NCBI GenBank assembly: GCA_013265495.1
Contig: MU058433.1
Coordinates: forward strand, 275,739-295,738
Reading direction: 5' to 3'
From: Vicugna vicugna
Taxonomy: Eukaryota
DNA: 20,000 nucleotides
In this document: positions 19,907 through 20,000 of the stretch, in pieces
Numbering within the stretch: the first letter of the stretch is position 1
How the letters are laid out: every line of letters begins with the position of its first letter
Notes under the pieces: generated by a model
What the model saw: the letters and a program-made list of their open reading frames with translations, nothing else
What the model was told of the DNA's origin: nothing
The model's database searches: none
Translations under genes and position numbers: made by a program

Positions 19907-20000
19907 ATGTCTGGGGCCAATATCTCCAGCCTGAACCCAGAATTCTTTATCTTGAAATGGTGTTCCTGGGCTGGAAGCTGCACACATCTGGATCTCCCTG
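19907..20000 (+). pseudogene. OR52N2: 5' end of an OR52N2-like (or OR52N3-orthologous) olfactory receptor with a +1 frameshift; runs off the window
   Basis: ATG at 19907 gives MSGANISSLNPEFFIL. Removing one A from TTGAAATGGT (AAA at 19955-19957) continues as NGVPGLEAAHIWISL, homologous to the two paralogues in the window. Only about 31 codons are visible, so the symbol is tentative. Confidence 0.82.

Noticed and set aside
1..20000. CRISPR arrays, tRNA/rRNA genes, prokaryote-like operons or a novel multi-gene system
   Set aside because: I found no regularly spaced repeats, structured RNA genes or unexplained long ORFs. The content is accounted for by OR genes and mammalian interspersed repeats.

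Overview
AT-rich mammalian genomic DNA from a class I olfactory receptor cluster (OR52N subfamily). It is probably from a camelid or another cetartiodactyl, judged from my recollection of the young L1 3' ends. It holds three OR loci. (1) OR52N5-like, minus strand: full 321-aa ORF, but the DRY motif is changed to DCY. (2) OR52N1-like, minus strand: premature stop just after TM7 and no N-terminal glycosylation sequon. (3) The first 94 nt of an OR52N2/N3-like gene, plus strand, with a +1 frameshift at codon 17; it is absent from the ORF track. The rest is interspersed repeats (old and young L1, L2, MIR, a Charlie1-type hAT fossil, an ERV1-type LTR end) and unique DNA with plausible 5'UTR splice sites and O/E/homeodomain promoter motifs. 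I see no evidence of a new biological system. The most interesting signals are apparent decay of all three OR52N genes, CpG/GC enrichment at the OR52N1 locus, apparently paralogous 5'UTR exons, and two L1 insertions with clean target-site duplications. Gene and repeat family names come from memory and need database confirmation; repeat boundaries are approximate unless TSDs are given.
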